DNA of 64,000 bases from an uncultured Candidatus Saccharibacteria bacterium (GTDB lineage: Bacteria > Patescibacteriota > Doudnabacteria > UBA920 > 2-01-FULL-46-14): contig CAZMCQ010000003.1 of NCBI GenBank assembly GCA_964565195.1, positions 24,080 to 88,079 of the forward strand. The letters are read 5' to 3'. This document shows, in pieces, positions 9,592-18,664 of this stretch. A model generated the notes under the pieces. That model was given only the letters and a program-made list of their open reading frames with translations. It had not been told where the DNA came from and did no database searches. Position numbers and translations under genes: made by a program. The stretch's first letter is position 1; every line of letters begins with the position of its first letter.

Positions 9592-10131
9592 ATGGATAAC
9601 AATCATTATTGGGGCCGGGAACTTCTCGGCGTGCTGGCATTGGAGGAACCAGAGCTGGATTTGCTGATCCATCAAGCCGCGCGCCTGAAAAATACATCGC
9701 CGCGTTGGCGTTGCGATATGGTCCGGGAAGTAGTGCTGGCTGTAATACCGCGCCACGCGGCCCGGCCAGACAAGTTTTTTGAGAAAGAACGAGAGGCTTT
9801 TTTGCAGGAAGTGCAGCAGCGGAATACCTTGGGCTGTGCAGTTAAGCACAAGTTCGGTTTGGACGAGCATTTCCATGTGCTGTACTTTCTGCTCGCCAAG
9901 CTCGCCGGCGCCGGTCAGCATCTGCGGCTTTGCGCCAAGATGATTGAACCCGGGCTGCAATACTCGTGGGTCGAGATCGTTGGCGATTTTGAAGTTCTGC
10001 ACGGCGGTAGAAGCGAAAAACATGATCTGCGGATCATAGATTTCACGCGGGAATTTTTTTCGGATCACGAAAATCCCTATCGGATTGACCAGCGTCGCTA
10101 TGAGGATGGCGAAACCGTAGCGGGTTTCTAA
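9592..10131 (+). CDS. hypothetical protein
   Basis: ORF with SD-like AAGGGGGT and downstream hairpin plus T tract. Confidence 0.65.
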   Translation: MDNNHYWGRELLGVLALEEPELDLLIHQAARLKNTSPRWRCDMVREVVLAVIPRHAARPDKFFEKEREAFLQEVQQRNTLGCAVKHKFGLDEHFHVLYFLLAKLAGAGQHLRLCAKMIEPGLQYSWVEIVGDFEVLHGGRSEKHDLRIIDFTREFFSDHENPYRIDQRRYEDGETVAGF

Positions 10132-10278
10132 AGCGGAGCGGCTCCTTGTTCATTTTGGGCAAGGCGCCGTTTTTTATTGGGCGTGTTCAAAATTCCGTTT
10201 TATGATATTCTTCAGGGTCAGGGCTGTTTTGCGGAAGCCCTGAAGTATGACATTTAGGTTAGAAAAGGAGGAAATTGT

Positions 10279-10947
10279 ATGAATAGCGAACAAAAATATG
10301 TTTTCGGATCGGCAATTGCCGATGAGGTCGCAAGAAAGCTTCTTGAGATCGGGGCGATTAAGGATAAATCCAGATCTCCCGGCGGGTTGGGTTTCCGCCT
10401 CAAATTGCACGACGTCAATCCCGATGCGCCGCTTTCTCCGTACTACGTTGATCTGCGAATCGTCCGTTCCTCGCCGCCGCTCCTTCGCCGCATTGGGCAA
10501 TTGCTCGTTCAGCGATCATCGGGTTTGGATTATGATCTTTTGGCAGATGTCCCGACAGCGGCGACGCCAATTGTGGTCGCCATGTCGCTCATCACCAATT
10601 GTCCCATGATTACGCCGCGTGAGGGTAAGACGCATGGGTCGGGCAGCAAAGTTGATGGAATATTCACCGAAGGTCAGCGCGTCCTCGTCGTGGACGACTT
10701 GATCACCAAAGGCGACAGCAAGCTGCAGGCGATCGATTGTCTGATACTGGCTGGGCTCGTGGTCCATGACGTGCTTGTCCTGGTTGATCGTGAGCAGGGC
10801 GGCGTGGCACAGCTCCAGGACGCCGGCTACCAGGTCCACATGGTTTACCCTTTTTCCGCCCTCGTGGATTTCTACTGTCGCGAAGGGTCGATTACCGAGG
10901 AGACCTGCGCGGAGATACTGATTTACATGGCGCAAGCCATGAAATAA
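10279..10947 (+). CDS. pyrE: orotate phosphoribosyltransferase
   Basis: SPYYVDLR, VVDDLITKGDS PRPP motif, LVDREQGG. Confidence 0.9.
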   Translation: MNSEQKYVFGSAIADEVARKLLEIGAIKDKSRSPGGLGFRLKLHDVNPDAPLSPYYVDLRIVRSSPPLLRRIGQLLVQRSSGLDYDLLADVPTAATPIVVAMSLITNCPMITPREGKTHGSGSKVDGIFTEGQRVLVVDDLITKGDSKLQAIDCLILAGLVVHDVLVLVDREQGGVAQLQDAGYQVHMVYPFSALVDFYCREGSITEETCAEILIYMAQAMK

Positions 10948-11031
10948 GTCCAGCCCGGAGGCGCTGGCAATATCCAAAGGTGGCTCGCGTGATTTGGGAT
11001 TCGTCCCGACTCTCGCAGTCACCTTTTTTTA

Positions 11032-11073
11032 TTTGTTGAAAAACACCCACATTTGTGGGTGAAATTCAACAAA
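11032..11073. repeat. 42-nt palindrome (family F)
   Basis: TTTGTTGAA..CACCCACATTTGTGGGTG..TTCAACAAA; same-length relative at 28822-28863. Confidence 0.65.
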
Positions 11074-11213
11074 CGAATTTTGTCGGCACTGGTGCCAGTG
11101 TTATGCGGCCGTCGATTTTTAAGACGATGGGGGTTGCGAATTGACCGCCTTGTTGATTACAGTAAGGGGTGGTAGAATCAGTTTCTAATCCAAAGGGGAA
11201 AGGAGGCAAAAAT

Positions 11214-12146
11214 ATGTTTGAAACGACTTTGATGGGACTCCAGTTTGAGCATCCCGTCTTCAACGCGCCGGGTGAGGTAAAACGTCTCGAGCATGTCAAA
11301 GCTCTGTGCAGTTCTGCAGCCGTTGCGATCATGGTCGGTTCGATTACCTGGGAGCAGCGCGATGGCAACGCTGGAAATGTGTACTATCCGGGGCCGGAGT
11401 TCTCGCTAAATTCGCTGGGTTTGCCCAATGGCGGCCGGGAGTATTACCGCAAGCATTTGCCGGATATGGTCCGCATGGCCCACGATGCTGGCAAGCCGCT
11501 CTTTGTCAGCGTCGCGGGATTCTCGCCGCACGAGTATCTCCGGCTCGCAGATCTTGTGGCTGAAGCAGGCGCCGATGCCGTTGAGCTCAACCTTGGTTGC
11601 CCGAACGTCTGGGACGGCGGACAGCAGAAGGGCATTTTGTCCTTCGAGCCGGATCGGATCGATGAAACACTCGGGCTTCTCAAATTCGAGCTGGATTTGC
11701 CAGTGAGTTTGAAACTCTCGCCTTACTCGGATCCGGGGATGATTCCGAGGATCGCCGAAGTTTTGAAAAGGCACGCTGATATGGTCAAGGCGATCTCGGC
11801 GGTCAATTGTTTTCCAAACGCACTGAAATTCGGTGACGATGGCCAGCCAGTCATCACCCCCGGACAAGGCCTCGCGGGGCTCGGCGGCCCGGCGATGCGC
11901 CCCATCGCGCTCGGCCAGGTTTTCCAGTGGTTCAAGGTTCTGCCGACACGTTACATCCAGATTATTCGCGTCGGCGGCGCATCCCACGGGAAGGATGTTT
12001 TCGAATCAGAATCTCTCGGTGCGACAGCTACGCAGGTCGGCACAGCATTCTTCAATGAAGGACCTGGGATATTCAGCCGTATCCTCGCAGAGATGGTCGA
12101 GCTGCAGTCCAAAGCGCCGAACTACGGCACTGTCGAGCTCGGCTAG
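11214..12146 (+). CDS. pyrD: dihydroorotate dehydrogenase, class 1
   Basis: NSLGLPN, ELNLGCPN, LKLSP, GLGG and QVGTA motifs. Confidence 0.9.
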   Translation: MFETTLMGLQFEHPVFNAPGEVKRLEHVKALCSSAAVAIMVGSITWEQRDGNAGNVYYPGPEFSLNSLGLPNGGREYYRKHLPDMVRMAHDAGKPLFVSVAGFSPHEYLRLADLVAEAGADAVELNLGCPNVWDGGQQKGILSFEPDRIDETLGLLKFELDLPVSLKLSPYSDPGMIPRIAEVLKRHADMVKAISAVNCFPNALKFGDDGQPVITPGQGLAGLGGPAMRPIALGQVFQWFKVLPTRYIQIIRVGGASHGKDVFESESLGATATQVGTAFFNEGPGIFSRILAEMVELQSKAPNYGTVELG

Positions 12147-12156
12147 CTGGTTTTGG

Positions 12157-12200
12157 CCCAGCACCACTTTTGGGAGGCAAGTGGTGCTGGGAATTTTTTT
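12157..12200 (+). terminator. intrinsic terminator
   Basis: CCCAGCACCACTT/AAGTGGTGCTGGG stem plus T tract. Confidence 0.8.
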
Positions 12201-12239
12201 ATTTTGGGATTTTATGGTAAAATGAACTGCGATTTAGGA

Positions 12240-12282
12240 ACCCCTCCCGGCCTACGGCCACCCTCCCCTCGGCAGGAGAGGG
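12240..12282. repeat. family B palindromic element
   Basis: CCCCTCCCGGCCTACGGCCACCCTCCCCTCGGCAGGAGAGGG. Confidence 0.65.
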
Positions 12283-12294
12283 CTAATACAGCAA

Positions 12295-13311
12295 ATGAAT
12301 TTCCAAATACTAATTACAATTCTTATTGTCGCCGGCTTTGCGGCTATTATTTATTTTCTCCGCCGGAAGCCTAGGCAGGACCAGGCCGTGCAGGTTATGC
12401 TGGACTGGATGAAGTCCCTCAAAGAATCCGGGGATCTCTCCCGCAAAGAGATCCAGGAGTCCATTGCCGGCTCCAACAAAGAAATCAACGCGCGTCTTAC
12501 CGAGGCGGCGCGGCTGTTTTCGGATGTGCAGCACAAAGTCGGCCAGATGACCGAACTCGGCCGCTCCATGCAGGCGGTGCAGGAACTTTTGAAAGGCCCG
12601 AAAACGCGTGGCATATTTGGCGAAGATGCGCTGGAATCTCTCTTGAAGCAGGTTTTGCCGGCGCATAATTATCAGATGCAGTATCGCTTTCAGTCCGGCG
12701 AGGCCGTGGATTGCGTGGTCAAACTCAAAGAGGGCCTGGTCTGCATTGATTCCAAATTTCCGCTGGAAAATTTCCGGGCCATGATGAAATCCGAGACTGA
12801 TGAGGACCGCGAGAATTTCCGCCGCGCCTTTGTTCGCGACGTGAAAAAGCACGTGGAAACCATTACCAAAAAGTATATCCTTACGAACGAGGGCACGCTG
12901 GATTTTGCTCTGATGTACGTGCCGATGGAGAGCGTTTTTCAGGAGATCGTGAATGACGGCGAGCTGATGGACTACGCCCGGTCCAGAAAAGTGCATATCA
13001 CCTCGCCGAATTCTTTTTATCACTACATCACCATCATTCACACGGCGCTCAAAGGCGCGCAGATGAACGAACTGGCGCGGCAGGTTTTGAACATTATTGC
13101 CGCCCTCAAGCAGGATTCCGAAAAATTTGCCACGAATCTCGGCGTTTTGAACAAGCACGTTACCAATGCCAAGAACACGGTCGATGTGGTGAACGAAGGG
13201 TTTCGCTCGCTTGCCGGCAAGATTGAGAATGCCTATAATCTGCAGCTCGAGGAGCAGCGGGAAGTGGAAAAGCTGCCCGGCGGGCCGGAGAGCGATTTAT
13301 TAATTAAATAA
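12295..13311 (+). CDS. rmuC: DNA recombination protein RmuC
   Basis: N-terminal TM, RGIFGE, IDSKFP, TLDFALMYVP.E motifs. Confidence 0.92.
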   Translation: MNFQILITILIVAGFAAIIYFLRRKPRQDQAVQVMLDWMKSLKESGDLSRKEIQESIAGSNKEINARLTEAARLFSDVQHKVGQMTELGRSMQAVQELLKGPKTRGIFGEDALESLLKQVLPAHNYQMQYRFQSGEAVDCVVKLKEGLVCIDSKFPLENFRAMMKSETDEDRENFRRAFVRDVKKHVETITKKYILTNEGTLDFALMYVPMESVFQEIVNDGELMDYARSRKVHITSPNSFYHYITIIHTALKGAQMNELARQVLNIIAALKQDSEKFATNLGVLNKHVTNAKNTVDVVNEGFRSLAGKIENAYNLQLEEQREVEKLPGGPESDLLIK

Positions 13312-13357
13312 CCCCCTCTCTTTCTCCCCCTCACGAGGGGGGAGAGGAAGTGGGGGT
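13310..13357. repeat. family B palindromic element
   Basis: ACCCCC..TCTCCCCCTCACGAGGGGGGAGAGG..GGGGGT. Confidence 0.7.
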
Positions 13358-13370
13358 AGGAGAAAACAAA

Positions 13371-13895
13371 ATGGCAGTATTTGAGATATTTACAAAACAC
13401 GAGGAGCAGCGGGTTGCGGTTTTCGTGGATGTGCAAAATTTGTATTACTCGGCCAGGAACATTTACAACTCGCGGGTCAATTTCTCGGCGCTCTTGAAAG
13501 AAAGCGTGGGAGAACGAAAACTGGTTCGCGCCACGGCCTATGTCATCCGCGCGCAGATGCCCGAGGAGCAGACGTTTTTCGACGCGCTGTCAAAGGCGGG
13601 GTTCGAGGTGAAAGCCAAAGACCTGCAGGTTTTCTACGGCGGGATCAAAAAAGGCGACTGGGATGTCGGGATCACGATGGACGCGATTCGGCAGATGGGC
13701 AAGGTAGATAGCATTGTTTTGGCCTCCGGCGACGGCGACTATGTGCCGCTTTTGGAATACATCAAAAATTTCGGCGTCCGCGCCGAGGTGATCGCCTTTG
13801 GTAAAAGTTCATCCAACAAATTGCTTGACGTCGTCGACTCATTCATTGACATGGATGAGCAGACAAAGAAGTTTTTGATTCCGATAAAGAAGTGA
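13371..13895 (+). CDS. NYN domain protein (LabA/DUF88)
   Basis: FVDVQNL, KGDWDV and SGDGDY motifs. Confidence 0.9.
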   Translation: MAVFEIFTKHEEQRVAVFVDVQNLYYSARNIYNSRVNFSALLKESVGERKLVRATAYVIRAQMPEEQTFFDALSKAGFEVKAKDLQVFYGGIKKGDWDVGITMDAIRQMGKVDSIVLASGDGDYVPLLEYIKNFGVRAEVIAFGKSSSNKLLDVVDSFIDMDEQTKKFLIPIKK

Positions 13896-13904
13896 CCGCT
13901 TGCG

Positions 13905-13971
13905 GTCATCCTGAGGGCTTGCCCCGAAGGATCTACGCCGTATAGAGATTCTTCGCTTCGCTCAGAATGAC
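13905..13971. repeat. GTCAT...ATGAC double-hairpin element (family A)
   Basis: GTCATCCTGAG..GAAGGATCT...AGATTCTTCG..CTCAGAATGAC; matches 30079-30147. Confidence 0.85.
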
Positions 13972-13980
13972 AATAATCGT

Positions 13981-14688
13981 ATGAAACCCGTAGCCATTTT
14001 CGATATCGACGGGACGATTTTTCGGTCGAGCCTGACGATCGAGCTTTTGCGCGAACTGATGCGGGCCAAACAAGTGCCGGCCTCGTCCGTCCGGACGATT
14101 CAAAGATACGAGCGGCAGTGGCTGGACCGGCGCGCGGATTACGGCAGCTACATCTGGGAAATTGTCCGCTGGTTCCAGCACGAGCTCAAAGGCCGCAAAC
14201 AGCGCGAGATCGTCGCAGCCAGCAAGCGGGTAATCAGTCAGCACAAATTGCGCACTTATCGTTATACCCTGGATTTATTGGCAAAAATTCGCCGTAAATA
14301 TTTCACGATCGGTATTTCCGGTTCGCTTCTTGAGGTCGTCAGGGAGTATAATAAATTCCTGAAGTTTGATAAATTTTACGGGTGGGAGTTTGGCACCGAT
14401 GCGCAAGGCCGATACACGGGCACGGTGTTATACGATCCGCCGCGGTATAAAAAAGAAGTGATCGCGCGCTATGTGAAGAACCACGGTTTGAGTTTTAGCC
14501 GCTCCGTCGGTGTCGGGGATACCGAGTCAGACATTGGCTTTCTGGAACTGGTCGAGAAGCCGATCGCTTTCAACCCGAACCGCAAGCTTGCGGAAAGAGC
14601 CCGGAAAGCCAACTGGCCGATTGTCATCGAGCGCAAGGATCTGATTGTAGAATTCCAGCCAAAGAAGGTTAAATTTTTAAAAGTATGA
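13981..14688 (+). CDS. HAD-IB (SerB-like) hydrolase
   Basis: FDIDGT, GDTESD and NPN motifs. Confidence 0.9.
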   Translation: MKPVAIFDIDGTIFRSSLTIELLRELMRAKQVPASSVRTIQRYERQWLDRRADYGSYIWEIVRWFQHELKGRKQREIVAASKRVISQHKLRTYRYTLDLLAKIRRKYFTIGISGSLLEVVREYNKFLKFDKFYGWEFGTDAQGRYTGTVLYDPPRYKKEVIARYVKNHGLSFSRSVGVGDTESDIGFLELVEKPIAFNPNRKLAERARKANWPIVIERKDLIVEFQPKKVKFLKV

Positions 14689-14942
14689 GAGAACGATTCC
14701 GGGGTTCAGAGAGCGCCAGCCGGGAAGTGCCTCCGCCATCTTTTGAGGATCGGGTAAAGGCTTTTTGGGAAAATTACAAGCTGCGGCATATCGAAGAAGA
14801 AGGCGAATTTTTTATGTTGCCGGACGATTTGCGCAATTCACTTGCGGAACAGTTTGAAGAGAATGAGCTAGGGAAGGCCTGGTCTCATTTGCAGGGGTTG
14901 ATAGAGAATGAATTCAAAGGAGATTGGGATCTAAGAAGATGA
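14685..14942 (+). CDS. hypothetical acidic protein
   Basis: ORF overlapping the HAD stop codon. Confidence 0.55.
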   Translation: MRERFRGSESASREVPPPSFEDRVKAFWENYKLRHIEEEGEFFMLPDDLRNSLAEQFEENELGKAWSHLQGLIENEFKGDWDLRR

Positions 14943-14946
14943 CCAT

Positions 14947-15022
14947 GTCCTCGTAGCTTAATGGATAAAGCGTCCGCCTCCGGAGCGGGAGACTGCGCGT
15001 TCGACTCGCGCCGAGGACACCA
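14947..15022 (+). tRNA. tRNA-Arg(CCG)
   Basis: GTCCTCG/CGAGGAC acceptor, CTCCGGA anticodon loop, GTTCGACTC, CCA. Confidence 0.93.
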
Positions 15023-15047
15023 AAGATGAAATTTCATAAAAAGTTAA

Positions 15048-15452
15048 ATGTCTAAGAAGCGCGTTTTGGTTTTCGGCACGTTTGATATTTTGCATCCCGG
15101 GCATATTGATTTTTTGCGCCAGGCCAAGCGTTATGGCGATTTTTTGATTGTCTCTCTGGCTCGCGAGAAAAATGTCAAGCGCGTCAAAGGGCAAAAACCA
15201 TTTCATTCTGAAACTGACAGAAAAAAACTCCTTGAGTCTCTGAAATTCGTCGACAAAGTGGTGATGGGGTCTAAAGATAACTATTTGGGGCATATCAAAT
15301 CCCTCAAGCCGGATGTGATTGTTTTGGGCTACGACCAGAAAGCCTACACCAAAGATTTGAAAGCGAAACTGGCCGGATTGGGATTGAGTCCGAGGATAGT
15401 TCGCGCGCAGTCTTATAAATCTAAAATATATCGATCGAGGAATTATCGATGA
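15048..15452 (+). CDS. FAD synthase, RibL-like cytidylyltransferase fold
   Basis: GTFDILHPGH and KPDVIVLGYDQ motifs; rib cluster context. Confidence 0.8.
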   Translation: MSKKRVLVFGTFDILHPGHIDFLRQAKRYGDFLIVSLAREKNVKRVKGQKPFHSETDRKKLLESLKFVDKVVMGSKDNYLGHIKSLKPDVIVLGYDQKAYTKDLKAKLAGLGLSPRIVRAQSYKSKIYRSRNYR

Positions 15453-15799
15453 TAGTTGCGAAAGGCCTGGTGGAGAAGAGTTTGGGTCGGGGCAGAAAGC
15501 TCGGGTTCCCGACGGCGAATATTGCACTCGGGGATGCCGTCGTTGAGGACGGAATTTACATTGGCTTTGCGAATAAAATGCCTGCTTTGATTTTTGTCGG
15601 CGCGGCAGAGACCTTTGGCGAGAGAGAGCGCCGGATCGAAGCGCACCTTTTGGATTTTGACGGGGACTTATACGGACAGGAAATTGAGGTAGAGTTAAAG
15701 CAAAAAATCAGAGAGAGTAGAAAGTTTGAGACTCAAGAAGAATTAGTAGCCCAGATGAAAAAGGACGAACAAGTCGCCCGAAAATATTTTTCAACCTGA
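15449..15799 (+). CDS. monofunctional riboflavin kinase
   Basis: GRKLGFPTAN and EAHLLDFDGDLYG motifs; no N-terminal FMN adenylyltransferase domain. Confidence 0.9.
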   Translation: MIVAKGLVEKSLGRGRKLGFPTANIALGDAVVEDGIYIGFANKMPALIFVGAAETFGERERRIEAHLLDFDGDLYGQEIEVELKQKIRESRKFETQEELVAQMKKDEQVARKYFST

Positions 15800-16384
15800 A
15801 TGTTTACTGGAATTATCAAGACAGTAGCCAAAGTTAAAAAAGCTGAGTTTACTGGAGGCTCGCTTTTTTTAACTGTTGAAAAACCGAAACCCTGGAAAAT
15901 AAAGCCCGGAGATTCCATAGCTACTGATGGCGCCTGCCTAACAGTAAAGAAAGTTGGCAGCGGTGATTTTACTGTGGAATTGATGCCGGAGACCCTAAGC
16001 AAAACTGTTTTTGGAAAAAAATCGCCACACAGAGTAAACCTCGAGCAATCTCTGAAATTAACTGATTTACTTGACGGGCATTTGGTCATGGGTCACGTGG
16101 ATACAGTCGGCAAAATTAGTCAGGTGGAGAGGCGCGGCGCCTCAAAAGTTTACACAATGCAATTTCCAAGACAATTCAGCAAACTGATTGTTTCTAAAGG
16201 GGCAATTGCAGTGGATGGGATAAGCTTGACTATTGTTGATGCGGGCAAGGGCTGGTTTACAGTTTCACTCGTGGATCATACAATAAAGAACACCACCCTC
16301 GGCGAGAAGAGCCCGGGGGAGATGGTAAATATTGAATTTGATATTTTGGCTAAATATTTAAATCGAATATGGCGCAAACAGTAA
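15800..16384 (+). CDS. ribE: riboflavin synthase (alpha chain)
   Basis: MFTGII, GDSIATDGACLTV and GHLVMGHVD motifs. Confidence 0.95.
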   Translation: MFTGIIKTVAKVKKAEFTGGSLFLTVEKPKPWKIKPGDSIATDGACLTVKKVGSGDFTVELMPETLSKTVFGKKSPHRVNLEQSLKLTDLLDGHLVMGHVDTVGKISQVERRGASKVYTMQFPRQFSKLIVSKGAIAVDGISLTIVDAGKGWFTVSLVDHTIKNTTLGEKSPGEMVNIEFDILAKYLNRIWRKQ

Positions 16385-16833
16385 TTAAAGGTAATTTTGA
16401 GAGATTTGACGCATCAGAGTTTAAAGTGGGGCTGGTGGCAGCGCAGTTTAATAAAGATATAACCGAAGGGTTGCTGGAAAGTGCGATAGGAATTCTTGAT
16501 CAATATGCCGTGCCAAAATCAAGCATTGCAATTTATAGAGTCGCGGGAAGTATTGAGATACCGGTTATTTTGCAGAGTTTGGCAAAAACAAAACAATATG
16601 ATTGCCTTTTGGCTATTGGCGCGGTAATTAGGGGCCAAACGCCCCATTTCGATTACGTGGCAAAGATCGTTTCCGAAGGTGTTTTGCGTGTTATGCTGGA
16701 TAATAGTATCCCGGTTGGATTTGGTGTATTAACTTGTGATAATCATGAGCAGGCCAGAGCGCGGATTCATGTCGGTGGCGAAGCTGCCGAAGCCGCTCTG
16801 CAAAGCGCTAAACTCATTGATGAAAGAGGATGA
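16369..16833 (+). CDS. ribH: 6,7-dimethyl-8-ribityllumazine synthase
   Basis: GSIEIP, GAVIRGQTPHFDYV and FGVLT motifs. Confidence 0.95.
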   Translation: MAQTVIKGNFERFDASEFKVGLVAAQFNKDITEGLLESAIGILDQYAVPKSSIAIYRVAGSIEIPVILQSLAKTKQYDCLLAIGAVIRGQTPHFDYVAKIVSEGVLRVMLDNSIPVGFGVLTCDNHEQARARIHVGGEAAEAALQSAKLIDERG

Positions 16834-16874
16834 GCGCGCGGCGTGCAAATATTTTAAGCAGATAAAAAAATAAA

Positions 16875-17717
16875 ATGTCCATTTTGGCGGTGTTTTTGCC
16901 GTTTGTGGGCACGCTCCTGGAAGAGTTCTCTGCCTCCATCGGCAAATTGAAAGTAAAGATCAGGGAGCAAAGTTTCTATTCGTTCGCGGTGTTGCAGCTG
17001 TTTGGCGGTTTTGTGTTTTTTGCGGTCCTCACTGCGGTGAAAAGGGACCTATTTGTTTTTTCCGTGGCCAGTCTGCCGACCCTTCTGTTGCGGTTTGTTC
17101 TCGAAACCCTTCAGGTTTACGCGACTATTTATGCGATCATCCGCGCGGACCGCAGCACCTACGGCTTCATCCGCGTCGGCACAATGCCGCTTCTGCTTGC
17201 GGTGGACGTGGCCATGGGTTACGCGATCCGGGCTACGCAAATTTTTGGCATCGGACTAATTCTGGCCAGTATTTTGCTGGTTTTCCTTGGCAAAAAATTT
17301 GGCAAAGCCGGGACGATATCCGTGATTATTTCCACGGTGAATGCCGTCGTGACGATTTCGCTTTATAAATACAACATCACAAATTTCAATACCGTGGCCG
17401 CCGAACAGCTTGTGATGCTTGGCCTGCTTTCGTTGTTTTTTATTATTATGGCTTTTACGGTCGGCAGAGAGAACCCTTTCAAGCTCATCACCAAGCCGAT
17501 ATATTTCGGACAGGCAGTGAGCGTGGGTCTGGCCAGCCTCCTGGAGAGCTTTGCCTATGCCCTGGGGCCGGCCTCGGTCATTCTGGCGGCTAAACGCGCT
17601 TCAGCCGTGTTCTGGGCCATGGCCGCCGGCAACCTCTATTTCCACGAACGGCACTTTTTGTTTAAACTAACCGTATTCGCGCTCTTGGCCGGCGGCATCA
17701 TTTTGCTTATAATTTAA
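16875..17717 (+). CDS. DMT/EamA-like ~10-TM membrane protein
   Basis: Hydrophobic profile; ASVILAAKRAS...FHER in the last repeat. Confidence 0.7.
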   Translation: MSILAVFLPFVGTLLEEFSASIGKLKVKIREQSFYSFAVLQLFGGFVFFAVLTAVKRDLFVFSVASLPTLLLRFVLETLQVYATIYAIIRADRSTYGFIRVGTMPLLLAVDVAMGYAIRATQIFGIGLILASILLVFLGKKFGKAGTISVIISTVNAVVTISLYKYNITNFNTVAAEQLVMLGLLSLFFIIMAFTVGRENPFKLITKPIYFGQAVSVGLASLLESFAYALGPASVILAAKRASAVFWAMAAGNLYFHERHFLFKLTVFALLAGGIILLII

Positions 17718-17734
17718 CCATTAAGAACATTCAC

Positions 17735-18664
17735 ATGAATCAATACAAAACCGGGCCGTGGCTCGTGGTAGTAGCGGCCATGCTCTGGGCCGTGGACGCG
17801 CCGTTTCGCAAATTTTTAACTGCCGATTTGCGCTCGACGACCATCGTTTTAATGGAGCACCTCGTTATCGCCGTGCTGGTCGTTATATTTTTGTTCCGCT
17901 ATCTGCCGGAACTTCGGAAACTCCGGCACTTCGAATGGTGGGCCGTGGTTTTCATCGGTCTGGGCGGATCGGCGCTGGCCACCGTGATGTTCACGCAGAG
18001 TTTCCATTACCTTAATCCCTCGGTCGCGATTCTGCTACAAAAGGTCCAGCCGTTTATCGCGATTCTGCTGGCGGTGTGGCTGCTGCGCGAGAAACTCGGC
18101 AAAACATTTTGGCTTTGGGCTCTGCTTGGCGTGTTTGGCGCTTACCTTGTGAGTTTTCCGGATTTCAAGATTGGCAGTGTCGCGGGGTCGCCGAATGCTT
18201 TAGGTGTGTTGCTGGCCCTCGGCGCCGCGTTTTTCTGGGGCGGCTCGACAGTCATGGGACGGGTGGTGCTCTCCCGCGTAAGCTTCCAGGCCATGACCGC
18301 CGTGCGGTTTTTGTCCGCCCTGCTCTTTTTGGTGCTGATTGAGCTTTTTACCGGACGGATCAGTGAGGTGGCTGGCGCGTCGCCAAAAGACTGGCTCTAT
18401 GTTCTGATCATCGCGGTTGTGGCGGGTTTTGTTTCGCTGTTTATCTATTATCGCGGGTTGACTCATACCAAAGCCAGCGTTGCCACCCTCGGCGAACTGG
18501 CTTTTCCGGTAGCCGCCGTGATCGTGAACTGGAAATTCCTGGGTGCGGCGCTGGAACCCACGCAAATCGTCGGGGGCCTGATTCTGCTTGCGGCCACGAT
18601 TGGGCTGTCGTATTTTAATGCGGCTTCTTCCTGGGAATACGAGGCCAAAGAAATACCGGTATGA
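17735..18664 (+). CDS. EamA/DMT family transporter
   Basis: LLQKVQP..LLREK and ATLGELAFP motifs; two five-helix repeats. Confidence 0.9.
   Translation: MNQYKTGPWLVVVAAMLWAVDAPFRKFLTADLRSTTIVLMEHLVIAVLVVIFLFRYLPELRKLRHFEWWAVVFIGLGGSALATVMFTQSFHYLNPSVAILLQKVQPFIAILLAVWLLREKLGKTFWLWALLGVFGAYLVSFPDFKIGSVAGSPNALGVLLALGAAFFWGGSTVMGRVVLSRVSFQAMTAVRFLSALLFLVLIELFTGRISEVAGASPKDWLYVLIIAVVAGFVSLFIYYRGLTHTKASVATLGELAFPVAAVIVNWKFLGAALEPTQIVGGLILLAATIGLSYFNAASSWEYEAKEIPV

Noticed and set aside
10946-10968. AGTCCAG..GAGGC between pyrE and pyrD resembling a PyrR site
   Set aside because: Spacing does not fit the ARUCCNGNGAGGYU consensus and no pyrR is seen
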